From: an uncultured delta proteobacterium
Lineage (GTDB): Bacteria; Desulfobacterota; Binatia; UBA9968
Direction of reading: 5' to 3'
NCBI GenBank assembly: GCA_963745035.1
Contig: CAVUVW010000010.1
Span: 1 to 64,000, forward strand
DNA: 64,000 nt
Under the pieces are notes generated by a model, which did not search any database, was not told the origin of the DNA, and saw only the letters and a program-made list of their open reading frames with translations. How positions within the stretch are numbered: position 1 is the stretch's first letter; each line of letters opens with the position of its first letter. Made by a program: the position numbers and the translations under genes. Shown here one piece after another: positions 10,629 through 21,859 of the stretch.

Positions 10629-11579
10629 ATGAAATTCTTGATTGCAGGACTTGGCATGTTGGGTGTCCATGTCGTGGCGCAGCTTCAGGCCGAAGGGCAC
10701 GAAGTTCAAGCTTTTGACGTCAATCCACGGCCCGGCGCGACGAAGCTTGGCCGCTTGGGGATTTCCATTCGCACCCACGCCGCCGATGTGACCGACTTCG
10801 TGCAGGTTGCCTCAACGGTCGATCTTGTCCGGCCGGATCATGTCATCAATACTTCAGTGTCGCGCGCCACCGATCGTCCTGCGCTGATGACAAACGTGAA
10901 TGTCATGGGGCTGGTCAATCTGCTCGAGGCGGCGCGCATTTTCAAAGTGTCCCGCGTCGTTCACGCCAGCTCGACAACCGTTTACGGTGCGGCCAAGCGC
11001 GATCCCAAATACCAGGGCCAGGTGTCGCACGGTGAGCTGATGAGCTTCGCCGACACTTTTTACGGAGCGACCAAACAGGCCGCCGAAGGGATCGGCCACA
11101 ACTACACCCGGCACTGCGGCGTCGATTTCGTCGCGGTGCGCTTTTGCCATATCTTTGGTGGCGGCTCGACGAGCACCGGGATGGCCATCGAAAATCTCGT
11201 CAAAGCGGCTGTCGAAAACCGCCCGGCGAAGATAGAAAATCGCCGCGCGTTTTGGCAGGACAGGGAGGATTTCGTTTACGTCAAAGACGCCGCTGGCTCG
11301 CTGATTGCGGCCTCCAAGTCTCCTGACATCACCCACCGAGCGATGAATTTCTCCATGGGCGTGCATTACACCTATGATGAGGTCCTTGGATTGGTAAAGA
11401 AGCTGATCAACCCGAACCTCGTCGTGAGCCACGACGGCGCCCCCGATGCCCCTTTTCTGCGCTCGCCTCTCGCGGCGCCGTACGACACAAGCCTTGCGCA
11501 CGAACAATTGCGCTACACGCCAAAGTTCACAATGGAAACCGCCATTCTCGACTTCGCAAAATCACTCAGAAGCGAGTAG
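10629..11579 (+). CDS. NAD-dependent epimerase/dehydratase
   Basis: GLGMLG, ASSTTVYG, YGATK. Confidence 0.9.
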   Translation: MKFLIAGLGMLGVHVVAQLQAEGHEVQAFDVNPRPGATKLGRLGISIRTHAADVTDFVQVASTVDLVRPDHVINTSVSRATDRPALMTNVNVMGLVNLLEAARIFKVSRVVHASSTTVYGAAKRDPKYQGQVSHGELMSFADTFYGATKQAAEGIGHNYTRHCGVDFVAVRFCHIFGGGSTSTGMAIENLVKAAVENRPAKIENRRAFWQDREDFVYVKDAAGSLIAASKSPDITHRAMNFSMGVHYTYDEVLGLVKKLINPNLVVSHDGAPDAPFLRSPLAAPYDTSLAHEQLRYTPKFTMETAILDFAKSLRSE

Positions 11580-11982
11580 CTTTTTGGGAAGGCGGTAATC
11601 GCTCGTTCGGGCATATCGCCAGCACGTCTACCGCGCCGGCGGTCGGCAGTTTGAGTTTTGTTAACACCGTGAAGAGCGAATTCGAATTCAAAGAGACGCA
11701 TCGGAAAGTAATCGAACATTGCGAGAAGTAGTGCTTCGGGAACAAAGTGAGGCTTACCGGTCCAATTTTGTCGGCGAAAATGAGTTGCTAAGCTCTGAAA
11801 ACGCTCGGTTTTGGAGAGAAAATCCTAAAGCTACAGCAACTTAGCTTGGTCCGACCCCAAAACCGGCCTCCTTCTGTTTTCATGCAACGCTACGTTGTTA
11901 AATCGAAGAGTTACATTGCTCCGACGCCGTCGGACTGCGAATGATAGGCGCGAATGCGTAAGTAACTGTGTCTGGAGGTTAC

Positions 11983-13775
11983 ATGCCAACAACCCCTTTG
12001 GTTACACTTTTCAAAGAACAACTTGAAAACGAATCTCAATCACTTGCAAAAACTCATAACCTTACAAAGCGTGGCGATTTCTTGATTTGGTGGTATTTCC
12101 TAAAACTTCGTAACCTTACGCCCTCTGATATCGATCAAATTGTTTGCGATGGCGGAAATGACTTGGGTATTGACGCGATTCAAATAGACGATGCTGACTA
12201 TGTTCATTTCTATCAGTTCAAGAATCCAGAGAGCGCTGACTCGTCTCTCCCTGGAGGGATGTTGACAAACTCCTGTCCGGCTTGCGACTTATTTTAAGCC
12301 GACGCCATCAGACGATTGCAAACGAGGAGTTGAAAGGGTTGGTAGAGGACATCTACCAAATCGTTCCCGCTGGTTATCGTCTTCATCTTGTTACGAGCGG
12401 GACCGGGATGGCGCAGGAGTCTGTCGAGAAGCTAGCCGCATTTGTCCAAGAACTTGGGGGGGCATCGGAAGATTTTTTTATATGGACACTTGAGGACATT
12501 GAATTCCTCCAGGATGCCTTTTACCAGAAACGGCTCCCAACCGTAGATAAGCCGCTCGTATTTCAATTAGAGCGACAACCGCCTTATCAAGTACGATCGG
12601 CTGACCACGACTGTTATCTATTTCATGCAGACGGCGCTACTCTCGCAGATCTCTATAAGGAACACGGGGAGCAACTGCTGCAACAGAACATTCGTGTTTT
12701 TCAGGGTGATCGTTCTACGAACGCAAAGATCCGGCAAACCTGTATAACCGATGAGGCTCGGAATTTTCTACACTACAATAACGGTATCACTTTTCTATGT
12801 GAGACTGCTCAGTGGGACCAATTTGTAGGAAAGCTTACCCTTAATAAGGCGCAGATTGTGAACGGAGGGCAGACGATTAGAGTTTTGAGCAAAGCTGTTG
12901 CCGATAATTCGATTAAACCGGGGGTCTTAGTTGCTGTCCGAGTTATTACATCGCAAGGTGATAAGGAATTTGCTAGTGACGTCGCAGTGAATCTCAATAA
13001 TCAGAATCGAATTGAAACCAGTTTCTTGCGCTCGAATGAGCCCCGCGTCGTCCAACTGGCCACCGCTCTGGAGAGTATCGGCTGGTATTTAGAGCGTCGA
13101 GAGGATGAGGTAAGTCATCTCTCTTCGCTTGAGACCAAGGCGATTGAGCAGCGCATCGGGCACGTCATTGATGGACACGTGATTAAGCTTCGAGACGGGG
13201 CGCAGGCATATGCTGCCACATATTTTCGTCAACCAGAGCTAGCAAAGAAGAACCCAAAGCGGATCTTCCTCGGTGTCGATGATGGTGGTGCGTTCGAACG
13301 AGTATTCGGTTCGGGAATGAGTGCAGAAAAGTTTGTCATCTCCCAACGGCTTAAATGGGAAACAGACGTATTTGTCGAAAAATTCATGAATCTTAAGCGG
13401 CGAAAAGCGCGAGGGGTTGATTGGAAAACAGAATATAGTGCGTTACTGGGATCTGGGTTGGTCCAAGAATTCGGCGATCGTCTTGACCAAGTAGTGCCGC
13501 AGTGCTCAGTGTTTTTATGTGCTCTGCTCTTTGAAGATCACATAGTCCTGCGAAAAAAAGATCCTGCGGTTCTTTTAGCCGCACTCGAAGGAGGAGATTT
13601 ATCGACTATTCTTGATCAGCTGACGGTAATATTGCAGTTTGCGCGCGATAATCCGACGTCAGCAAACAAAAGCTGGCCCACTTTACTCAAAAGTCAAGCA
13701 TTCTTTGAGAACGTCGCCAGCTATTTGCGTGGTCGAGCAGGAGCGCAAGGCGCTGGGCCGACATCAGCAACTTAG
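11983..13775 (+). CDS. AIPR family protein (frameshift near 12255)
   Basis: DGGNDLGIDAI...FYQFK N-terminus; LLQQNIRVF, YNNGITF, QIVNGGQT, NNQN core; lower GC than the flanks. Confidence 0.88.
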
Positions 13776-13815
13776 TAGACTATACAAAGAGATCGCTCAC
13801 TAGCTCAGCAACCAA

Positions 13816-14397
13816 ATGGCACGCCAGAGGTTCGGATTTCTTCTCTTTGATTTTCCGTCGGACCATGAGGTGGATCTTGCGTTGCCGACGGAGGCTGAGG
13901 TGGTTTGGGCGCTTTTAATAAACCGCGATCTTGGAGCGCGAGTGAAGTTAATTAAGGCCAGTACAGAATCTCGTCTGAAAGGACTTCCTCGCTATAGGTA
14001 TGCCGTTCAGTTCGTGCATGTAGCCGGACATGGTTCTCCGTCTTCATTTGAATTGCTTGGCGGTTCGATTCGTTTGCGTAAAGCGGCGCGGCTAATAACT
14101 GGATCTCTCCACCGCCTTCGAGGGCGTGAACAACGGATTTTGTGCTTGTCGTGTTGCTATTCGCGTGCTGCCTTCAAGCATATGCGGCCATATCTTCGTC
14201 AATACTTTACTGAATGTTACTACTTTTGCCGCAAACGCGTGAGTTTTGCCCAAAGTCTCACTACTTGGAGCATGTTTTACTACAGAAAGGATCTGCGTCG
14301 ACCACACGGCAAAATCGTTGAGCGAATTAACGATTTCTTCGGCGAGGATGTATTGGAGTTTGTAAGCATCGGGGATAGCGACGACCCGCTTAGTTAA
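13816..14397 (+). CDS. CHAT/caspase-like protein
   Basis: VHVAGHG and LCLSCC resemble the caspase-clan His/Cys motifs. Confidence 0.55.
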   Translation: MARQRFGFLLFDFPSDHEVDLALPTEAEVVWALLINRDLGARVKLIKASTESRLKGLPRYRYAVQFVHVAGHGSPSSFELLGGSIRLRKAARLITGSLHRLRGREQRILCLSCCYSRAAFKHMRPYLRQYFTECYYFCRKRVSFAQSLTTWSMFYYRKDLRRPHGKIVERINDFFGEDVLEFVSIGDSDDPLS

Positions 14398-14859
14398 ATT
14401 GGAGACTGAACTGATGGGGCCAAACCTTTGTTGATAATCTGCTCTTGACAGAGCCTTCATTCACTTCTTCTCGTCGGCGAGCCGTTTTTTGAAGTTCCAA
14501 CGGAAGTTGGGGTTGCGCATGAGTTGTTGACTGTCTAGTCCTTGACCTATTTTGTTAGGCCTCTTATCGTGGCTTCTGCCGTGAAGAGATTGCCGGCGCT
14601 GTCGATGGCGATGCCTTCTCCGGCGGCTCCGGGAATAATGAATATGGATAATTCGATCGTCGGGCGGAATGAGGATTTTTGGCGGCACCGGCGGCTGCAA
14701 AAAATACCTTCTCTCAGAGGACAACGGGTTTGTTGACGAGGCTTTCGGTAACGAAAGGGAAATTGTCCGCGAGCCAAGCATCGGGATAATGGATAATTGA
14801 TAATGGACAATCAAAACGTTTCGTTGCCGGGTAGGATGACGGATTCGATCAAAGGGCGT

Positions 14860-15288
14860 GGGGACGCTGTTGACTAACTGGACAAATGGCATAAGGGATC
14901 GGAATCCGCGGAGAAGATATGCCGAGACATGCGAGGCTCGATAGTCCAGGGACGCTGCACCACGTGATGGTAAGAGGCATTGAACAACGGCAGATTGTCG
15001 ATGATGAGGCAGACCGCGCGGATTTTGTGCGACGACTTGGAGCCTTGGCTGCCGAAACCGGGACACTGGTAAGGAAAGGCGGGACGCTGTTTCCTTGAAG
15101 GACAAACCATCACTAGAATGGGAATTTGGTCTTGCATTAAGGGGGGCTGGGCCGACTGGCGTAATAAAAATCGAGATCCGCCGAGTACTGATAGGTGGAC
15201 TAGAGGTCGTCTGCGGAAAAGACCCGAGCGGGCGGTAGCACCTCGAAAGTCGCCCGAGTAGTTTGTCCATCTAGTCAACAACGTCCCC
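14860..15288 (+). mobile_element. Internally deleted RAYT-type element with terminal inverted repeats
   Basis: ggggacgctgttgactaactggacaaa / tttgtccatctagtcaacaacgtcccc; encodes MPRHARLDSPGTLHHVMVRGIEQRQI from about 14918. Confidence 0.8.
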
Positions 15289-15410
15289 GAGTCCATAGTT
15301 GCGAATAGTTGCGTAAGACATGAGCGCGTGAGCGCGCCGGCGTCGACCCAAATTCCTTCTTCGGCAAAAAGGGGCATGCGATTTTTGATGGCGAGATCAA
15401 CGATCTAAAG

Positions 15411-16397
15411 TCACTTGATGAGGCGCTGGAACTCGGCGTCGTCAAAGAGCGAGGCAAAGGACTTGTTGCGCTTTAACTGGCCCTTCTGCGCGGGGTTGGA
15501 GGCGATGGCGCGCTCGATCGCTTTCAGTGCCGCCGCCTTGTTGCCCTGGCGCAGGCTGATGTCGGCCATTGCCACCAGTGCCAGATCGTCCTCGGGCGAG
15601 GCCTTGAGTGCGCTCTCGGCGAGTGCCATGGCGCCTGTGAGATCGTTCTTCTCGATCAGCGGGCCGATCCGGCCAATCATCTCGAAGCCACGCGTGACAC
15701 CCAGGATGCGGCGCAGCTCGACGAGCGGCTGCTTGTGGTCGTCGACACGGATGTCGAGCAGCGTGTCGTCGTAGTCGGCGCGAACCAGTGGCTTGACGAT
15801 CTTGAGCATCGCGCCCTGCATGCCGCGGCGGTCGCCGCCTGCAGCCTGGCCGGCATCGAGGGCAGCCAACAGGCGCTCTGCCAAGGGACCCTTCGCGGCC
15901 TCGAAGGCCTTGCCCATCTCCTCGATCACGTTGCCATTGGCCAGCGTGTTGCCCTGCACGCAGTAGATCGGCGTGCACTTGTGGCCGGTCCAGTCGGGGA
16001 TCGTCTTGCTCGACCACGCGGCGCTGCGGCCCTGGATGTCAATGACGGCGACCTGGCGGCGGTCGGGCTCCTTGTCGGCACGCAGCGCGAACTCGAGCGC
16101 CTGCTGCGGCGTCATCCCGCGCTCGATGCCGTCGATGACGAGCTTGCCGTACATCGGGTTGGAGGACGACTGATGCGCGACAATAGCAACGCCGCCTTTG
16201 CCAGTGACAACGCGGTTGCCGATCGACAGGGCCTTGGACTGCACACCGAGGCCGAGCAGGCCCGTGTCCTTCTCCACGGCGATGATTGAGAATGTGCTGT
16301 CCGCGGGCGCGTACTGCCGGGTGGGCGTCTCTTCGGCAGTGGCAGCCGTCAGCGCCAATCCAGATGCTGCAATTGCTGCCATCGCTGTCCTTCGCAT
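15411..16397 (-). CDS. DUF1028 Ntn-hydrolase with C-terminal TPR
   Basis: TFSIIAV, RRQVAVID, QGNTL, GGDRRG, DIRVDDH. Confidence 0.88.
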   Translation of the reverse strand: MRRTAMAAIAASGLALTAATAEETPTRQYAPADSTFSIIAVEKDTGLLGLGVQSKALSIGNRVVTGKGGVAIVAHQSSSNPMYGKLVIDGIERGMTPQQALEFALRADKEPDRRQVAVIDIQGRSAAWSSKTIPDWTGHKCTPIYCVQGNTLANGNVIEEMGKAFEAAKGPLAERLLAALDAGQAAGGDRRGMQGAMLKIVKPLVRADYDDTLLDIRVDDHKQPLVELRRILGVTRGFEMIGRIGPLIEKNDLTGAMALAESALKASPEDDLALVAMADISLRQGNKAAALKAIERAIASNPAQKGQLKRNKSFASLFDDAEFQRLIK

Positions 16398-16664
16398 CGG
16401 TTGCCCCCTCGCCATATTTACAGTGAGAATAAACCGCCTTTTTCTATGACCAAACTCATATCGCAGGACTGGTAGAGCGGTCAATTTCTTTCTGCTTGAT
16501 GAAAAACCACGAATGGAAAGCGATGGGAAGGGTCATTTACGGCAGCAGGAAAACTGCATTCTTCGAGGAGAAAAAGGCAAATTTTGCGGCACGATTGAAC
16601 TGTACGACGCATCACTTCGATGCTGCCGCAAATTGGATTGAAGGAGAATTCAGTTCAATCTTAC

Positions 16665-16763
16665 GGCTAACGACTCAAGCTGAGCCACGCCGGACTAGTG
16701 ATGTCAACCGCGAAAGCGGAACTGAAAGCGCTATCCGGCGTTGGCTCCAGCGCATTGTTCGGC
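16665..16763 (-). other. attC site
   Basis: Minus strand GCCGAAC...GAGCCAACGCCGGA...TCCGGCGTGGCTC...GTTAGCC imperfect palindrome. Confidence 0.85.
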
Positions 16764-16800
16764 TGTTCCGCGGGAACTAGAGATAGAGGTACCATCGACC

Positions 16801-17142
16801 TTAAGAAGCGGGATCGAACCCGAACACTCGTAGCTCTTGGTGGCAGCGGCAGGCCTTCGCGATGCGCGCGGCCCACGCGATAGCCTCTTCGCGAGAGGGT
16901 AGTTCGAGCACCGTGAAGCCGCCATTGAGCGGAGGCGCCCACGAGTATCCGCCTGCGGAGAACGTGCCATCGGCCGAGACGAGCACCGGCGGGACCGCTT
17001 CGTCGATACCGCCGCCGAAGACATATACGCCGGCGGCTTTTGCTTCGTCGATTACCGCGTGTGCGTCGCGACCAACCGCCTCCCATTCGCCATCGGGTAC
17101 GACCATCGCTGCGCTTGGAAATGAGATTAGGTATTTCGCCAT
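16801..17142 (-). CDS. YciI family protein (integron cassette)
   Basis: MAKYLISF, GGFTVLELPSREEAIAWA; lies between two attC sites. Confidence 0.88.
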   Translation of the reverse strand: MAKYLISFPSAAMVVPDGEWEAVGRDAHAVIDEAKAAGVYVFGGGIDEAVPPVLVSADGTFSAGGYSWAPPLNGGFTVLELPSREEAIAWAARIAKACRCHQELRVFGFDPAS

Positions 17143-17189
17143 AGAACTCTTTCTTTAGGAATGGAAGACAGTCGTGCGCGAAGTTCTTT

Positions 17190-17249
17190 GCCGAACGCCA
17201 GCGTCAGCCGCGCCCGCCGGCAGGCGTCGGCTGCACGCAATGGTTGGGC
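17190..17249 (-). other. attC site
   Basis: Minus strand GCCCAAC...CAGCCGACGCCTGCCGGCGGGCGCGGCTG...GTTCGGC. Confidence 0.88.
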
Positions 17250-17282
17250 CATTGGTCAACCAGCGTATCCCGTTCCACCCGT

Positions 17283-18410
17283 TCACGGTGTCTTCCCATG
17301 CACGACTCGATCGATCCGGGGCCAGACCTCGTTTGCCATGAGCTCCATGGAGCGCCGGGCGAGCGCTGGATCGGCCCAGTCGTGGCCTGTGTAGAGCAGC
17401 GTGCCGAATGCGCCGACCTCGGTGCGGAACGCGAGAATCTGGTCCGCGACGCTCTGCGGTGTTCCCGCGATCACGAGACGCTCGAGGCACCGCTGCGTCG
17501 AGAGCTCGGAGTCCAGCTGGCCGGGAAAGTCACGCATCACGTCCAGCGCGCCGGCCTTGGCGAGCTTGGTCTTCATCACGTGGAAGTAGAAGCCGTGCGC
17601 GCCGTCCTCGCGATGGGCATAGCGACGGGCCGTGGTCTCGTCATCGGCAACGAAGACGCTGCGCGCCACGCGCCAACCGGAAGGATCGGCGGAGAGGCCC
17701 GCCGAGCGCCGGCCTTCCAAATAGCTCCGGATTTGGGCCCGGACCACGTAGGCACCCACGTAGGTCGCCGAGATCCCGCTCCAGCCGCGAGTTCCCGCCG
17801 CATGCGGCCCCCGGGCATCCGGCCGGATCGAGGTGATGGCGATGGGAGGATGCGGCTTTTGCAGCGGGCGGACGGCGACGCCCACCCCGATGCTCGGATC
17901 GAGCGAGCGCTCCGTCGTGGTCCGGTAGAACTCGCCTTCGATCCGGTAGGGCGGCGCTTCGCTCCAAATCCGGCACATGTGGTCGAGGGCCTCCTGGGTC
18001 TTGCGGTTGCGGTCCGAGCCCAGGTCTCCGATGGCCTCCGCGTCGCCGGGAACGCCGGGTCCCACGCCCAGGATGAGGCGACCCTGCACCAGGTGGTCGA
18101 CCATCGCGACCTGCGCCGCCGTCATCGCCGGGTGGTAGTTGGCGAGCGGAAGCACGCCGGTACCGAAGGTGATCGATGGGCAGGCATCGGCCAGGTTTGC
18201 GATGAAAGCAAGGCTCGAGGTAATGGTCTCGGCTGAGTCCACGAGATGTTCGCCGATGAAGGCCTCGCGATAGCCGAGTCGATCGGCGAGCACGACCGCT
18301 TCACGGTCCTCGCGCAGCACGTCCCCATAGGGGCGGAACAGCGGGTGGACGGGCTGGATGAAGAATCCGAGCTTCAGAGGGCTTTGCATTGAGTCTTCAG
18401 AGTCGCTCAT
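17283..18410 (-). CDS. LLM-class flavin-dependent oxidoreductase (integron cassette)
   Basis: LGYREAFIGEH, GRLILGVGPG, SMELMANEVWP. Confidence 0.92.
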   Translation of the reverse strand: MSDSEDSMQSPLKLGFFIQPVHPLFRPYGDVLREDREAVVLADRLGYREAFIGEHLVDSAETITSSLAFIANLADACPSITFGTGVLPLANYHPAMTAAQVAMVDHLVQGRLILGVGPGVPGDAEAIGDLGSDRNRKTQEALDHMCRIWSEAPPYRIEGEFYRTTTERSLDPSIGVGVAVRPLQKPHPPIAITSIRPDARGPHAAGTRGWSGISATYVGAYVVRAQIRSYLEGRRSAGLSADPSGWRVARSVFVADDETTARRYAHREDGAHGFYFHVMKTKLAKAGALDVMRDFPGQLDSELSTQRCLERLVIAGTPQSVADQILAFRTEVGAFGTLLYTGHDWADPALARRSMELMANEVWPRIDRVVHGKTP

Positions 18411-18854
18411 TCGTTTCGTGCCGCCTAACTATTAAGTGAGCCGCCGTACGTAGCGACAATTGTTGGTCGGCTTATCTCGGCGACAGCTCGGACAATAAAA
18501 GCTCAAATTGCGTGCAATATCCATCAGCTCACCTGGCTTGTCAACGTAGAGTTTTTCGCTAAAAGCCGACCGGCGCGGCGGCTTATCTCCCTAACGATCG
18601 GCGGCCTATTTCGGCAAGACCATCGCAAAGGCGGCAGGATTGAATTGAACGACGCATCGAGCAAATCGCGTCTGTGTAGAGTCACTTGATTGCAAATCAA
18701 GTCGCTCGGACCTTCAGCGACCAAAGAATCCGCAATCGAAGCCAGCGTGCTTGAAAGTAATCCGACTTTGAGCCTTCGCCGAAAGGGATGGAGTGACACA
18801 GATCGAGGTGCTAACGTGACGCCAGCACAAGTCTAGAAGCCCACGGAGGCGTAC

Positions 18855-19358
18855 ATGTCCTTCCTTACTGACGAACAGAAAGACCTTGCGAACGAGATCG
18901 CCGCCCTACTCACCGAGCGAGGCGAGACGGTCTGCGTGGCGGAGTCTACCACTGGAGGCCTCGTGTCCGCGGCACTACTGTGGGTGGCCGGCGCGTCCAA
19001 GTACTACGCCGGTGGCAGCGTGCTCTACACGCTTGGCTCGCGCACGGCGCTGGCGGGTGTGCCGGCATCGATGTTTGAGAACTACCGCGGCACCACGCCG
19101 GAGATGATCGCCGCCATCGCCGACGCCATGCGCCAGCGCCTGGGCGCCACCTGGTGCATCGCCGAATCCGGCCTCGCCGGTCCCACGCGAGGCCGATCCG
19201 GCCTGCCACCCGGCCGCACGACGATCTGCGTCTGCGGCCCTGTAACGCGTGTCAACGTGCAGCAGACCGGCCTGCCGGACCGAGAGCCCAACATGATCGC
19301 CTTTACGACTCTGACGCTACGCTATCTGCGGGACGCGATTAAAGAGGCGGAGCATTAG
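18855..19358 (+). CDS. CinA C-terminal/PncC-like NMN deamidase
   Basis: VAESTTGGLVS, ESGLAGP. Confidence 0.88.
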   Translation: MSFLTDEQKDLANEIAALLTERGETVCVAESTTGGLVSAALLWVAGASKYYAGGSVLYTLGSRTALAGVPASMFENYRGTTPEMIAAIADAMRQRLGATWCIAESGLAGPTRGRSGLPPGRTTICVCGPVTRVNVQQTGLPDREPNMIAFTTLTLRYLRDAIKEAEH

Positions 19359-19435
19359 GAGTTCGCCCCGCAGAAGCTACGGTGTTGGGCAGCCAAATTT
19401 GGCGAAATCCGAAATCAGTGTCGCTAAGAAAAAAT

Positions 19436-19600
19436 TTACCGTCGGCAGATCCACATCGGCACTTCCTGGTTCCTTTGGCGTTTCCACTCATAGAAGCCAT
19501 CTGCCGGAATCAGACAACGCTGCGTTGAAACGAGCCGCTTGTACGATGGTCTTTCCCGCAGTGTCTCTGCACGGGCATTTATCAGCCGTTGCCAGATGGC
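19436..19600 (-). pseudogene. SOS response-associated peptidase (SRAP) internal fragment
   Basis: LINARAETL...RCLIPADGFYEWK. Confidence 0.8.
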
Positions 19601-20011
19601 CTTATCGACGAGGGCCGTGGGGTCAAATCTGGAGTTAGGGGGAACTAGGCAGGGGGAACTAGCAGTGTCTGACTTGCCTAACTCTACTAACTCCAACCAA
19701 TCCTTGATTATCGCGAAGCACTTTGGGGATCAGGTCTTTTCCTCTTGCTATTGATTGCCTGGGCACCTTCTCGGTGTCAGACCGGGAGGAACGGTGCCGA
19801 CAACACTGAACAATGGCGAGCGCCACCTCGATCATCGACTCAGTCTGACGCCGGCGTAGCTGGCCGGGCGCGCTGTTCAGTCGACTACCGAGCGATCGGG
19901 GACGAGCGAGCGTTGGAGCCACTGGAACATCCGCCACCCGACGGAGTCAGCGGCGAGTGTCACGCCGCAGTCGACAGAAATCTTGAACTGCTCCAAGAAA
20001 AGAGAACGTCT

Positions 20012-20428
20012 ATGAAAGTGTTGGCCGTCGTATATCCTGGTATGACCCTCTTGGACATGGTCGGTCCCATACAGGCGTGGAGTCTCTTACCAGGCTACGA
20101 AGTTCAGTACGCCTGGCGCCGTTCCGGTGCGGTGCGCACGGACTGCGGTCTCAGCGTGCAAGCGACCCATGATTTCGAGGATGCTTGGACCGATCCAGAC
20201 GTGCTCTTTGTCGGCGGCGGTGCGAAGCCCAGATTGGATCTGTTGGGCGATTCCGCCGCAATCGCCTTTTTTGGCGGATCGCGGATCCCGCGCCCGCTGG
20301 GTGTGCAGTGGAATACGCGCCACAGCCGCCGTACGGCGCGCGCCGCCCTGAACTGGCCGACCCGCAGAGTCTGGCAGCCGCGCGCGGCGCTCCAGCAGGC
20401 GATGACCGGCATCTCCGCGCCGAGTTGA
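20012..20428 (+). pseudogene. DJ-1/PfpI paralog with internal deletion
   Basis: Diverged copy of 45499-46158; jumps from WVCS to EYAP near 20308. Confidence 0.85.
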
Positions 20429-20965
20429 TAAAGCAGACTACGGCATGAGTATTGGCTTATTCATGTGAGTCGAGGTTTCGACCCATAGTCAGGATCTGAA
20501 TCCGGCGCCGTCCGGCGCCGAGCAAAGGGGAGCGACGCAGTTCCATAACTTCGTTACCGCAAATTAACTTGAACTTGTATTGACACCACGCCTGCATTGG
20601 AATAGTCAGGCATCAGAACTTGCCATCTCCGATCACACTTCTCTCAGGCGAACGATTTTTCCCGGAGCGCACTATCGTTTGATCGTGCTACACGAAGCTC
20701 GCTAACGAAAGGAGCAGTCCATGACTTACGCCCGAAAGCGTCAGAGCAGGCTGATCCTGCAAACGTTTTAGGAGAGTTCGTCTGTCATCGGGACAAACGG
20801 GCCAAGAAAAGGCGAGGTCGAATTCGCGTGCGCGCTGCCGAGCGTTCCATGCGAGCTCAGGGACGATCAGATTCGCACGGTGCACGGCCCGCTGGGCCAA
20901 GTCATTTCCTCGCCGCGGCGGCAGTGTTTCGATTTTGCGCCGGCGCGCGAGCAAAGGAGGAACCC

Positions 20966-21859
20966 ATGAGCATCAGGCTATTTGCAGACAAGAATTGCAA
21001 AGGCGATTCCCGCCTCGTGGTGAGCGACTTGCGTGACCTGAAGGGCCTGACGGCTGATAAGCCGTCCTCGCTGGTCATCGATGATGAAGACAAGGCAGTC
21101 CTTCTATTCAAAAACGACGATTGGCATGGCGGCGCACTTTATATCCGCGGCCCCGCCACGGTAAACGACCTGGGTTCAGGAAAGGACGGAGGACGCACCG
21201 GCTTCGGCGACTCGATACGTTCCGTGCGCGTCACGCCTTTTCAGGTTGATCTTAACGTCACGGTCGTGACCGACAGTAAGGGGAATTTGCCTGGCGACTG
21301 GAAGACACAACCCGAGGCCAAGGACGATATCCGCAAGATGGTTGATGACGCGAATGCCTTTTTGGACGATAAACGCGCGCTGCTGCAGCTCGGCATCGCG
21401 CGCATCACCTTCCGTAATTCGGATCACCTATTCGCGATCTCCAAGCTCGAGCAGATCGTCCTGCCAGGCGAATGGACCGAAAAAGGTGAAGTCGACGTCG
21501 TATTCACCCACCGGTTTACTAAGGAAGGGACGATCGGGCGCGCGTTCTACCCCTGCTGGGGCGAAAGCGTTGTCGTGGCCAAGCGGCTGAACAGCGTTGT
21601 CGGCGCCGATAGTAGCCTTACGCTAGACGACATGGCCGCGACAATGATGCACGAGATCGGTCACCATTTCGGCCTGGGTCACGGCACAGCTAACACGGAT
21701 AAAAATCTGATGTTCGCCTCACTCGAGCAGGACAGCCTGTCGAAGATGTGGCTGTTGGCGGATCAAATACGCGAGGTGCACGACCGACTCGCTAACAACA
21801 TCAGCCGCAGAGCTGAGCGCAAGGATCCCCGGCCCGACATCTTCAACCCCACGCCTTGA
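20966..21859 (+). CDS. Beta/gamma-crystallin-like N-terminus plus metzincin protease
   Basis: LFADKNCKG / LFKNDDWHG / SIRSVR; HEIGHHFGLGH with a downstream Met-turn. Confidence 0.7.
   Translation: MSIRLFADKNCKGDSRLVVSDLRDLKGLTADKPSSLVIDDEDKAVLLFKNDDWHGGALYIRGPATVNDLGSGKDGGRTGFGDSIRSVRVTPFQVDLNVTVVTDSKGNLPGDWKTQPEAKDDIRKMVDDANAFLDDKRALLQLGIARITFRNSDHLFAISKLEQIVLPGEWTEKGEVDVVFTHRFTKEGTIGRAFYPCWGESVVVAKRLNSVVGADSSLTLDDMAATMMHEIGHHFGLGHGTANTDKNLMFASLEQDSLSKMWLLADQIREVHDRLANNISRRAERKDPRPDIFNPTP

Noticed and set aside
14461-15377. 269-aa and 167-aa minus-strand ORFs
   Set aside because: They are chance read-through across fragments and the antisense strand of the RAYT remnant.
16496-16780. 94-aa + strand ORF
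   Set aside because: It runs through the attC site and has no recognisable domain.
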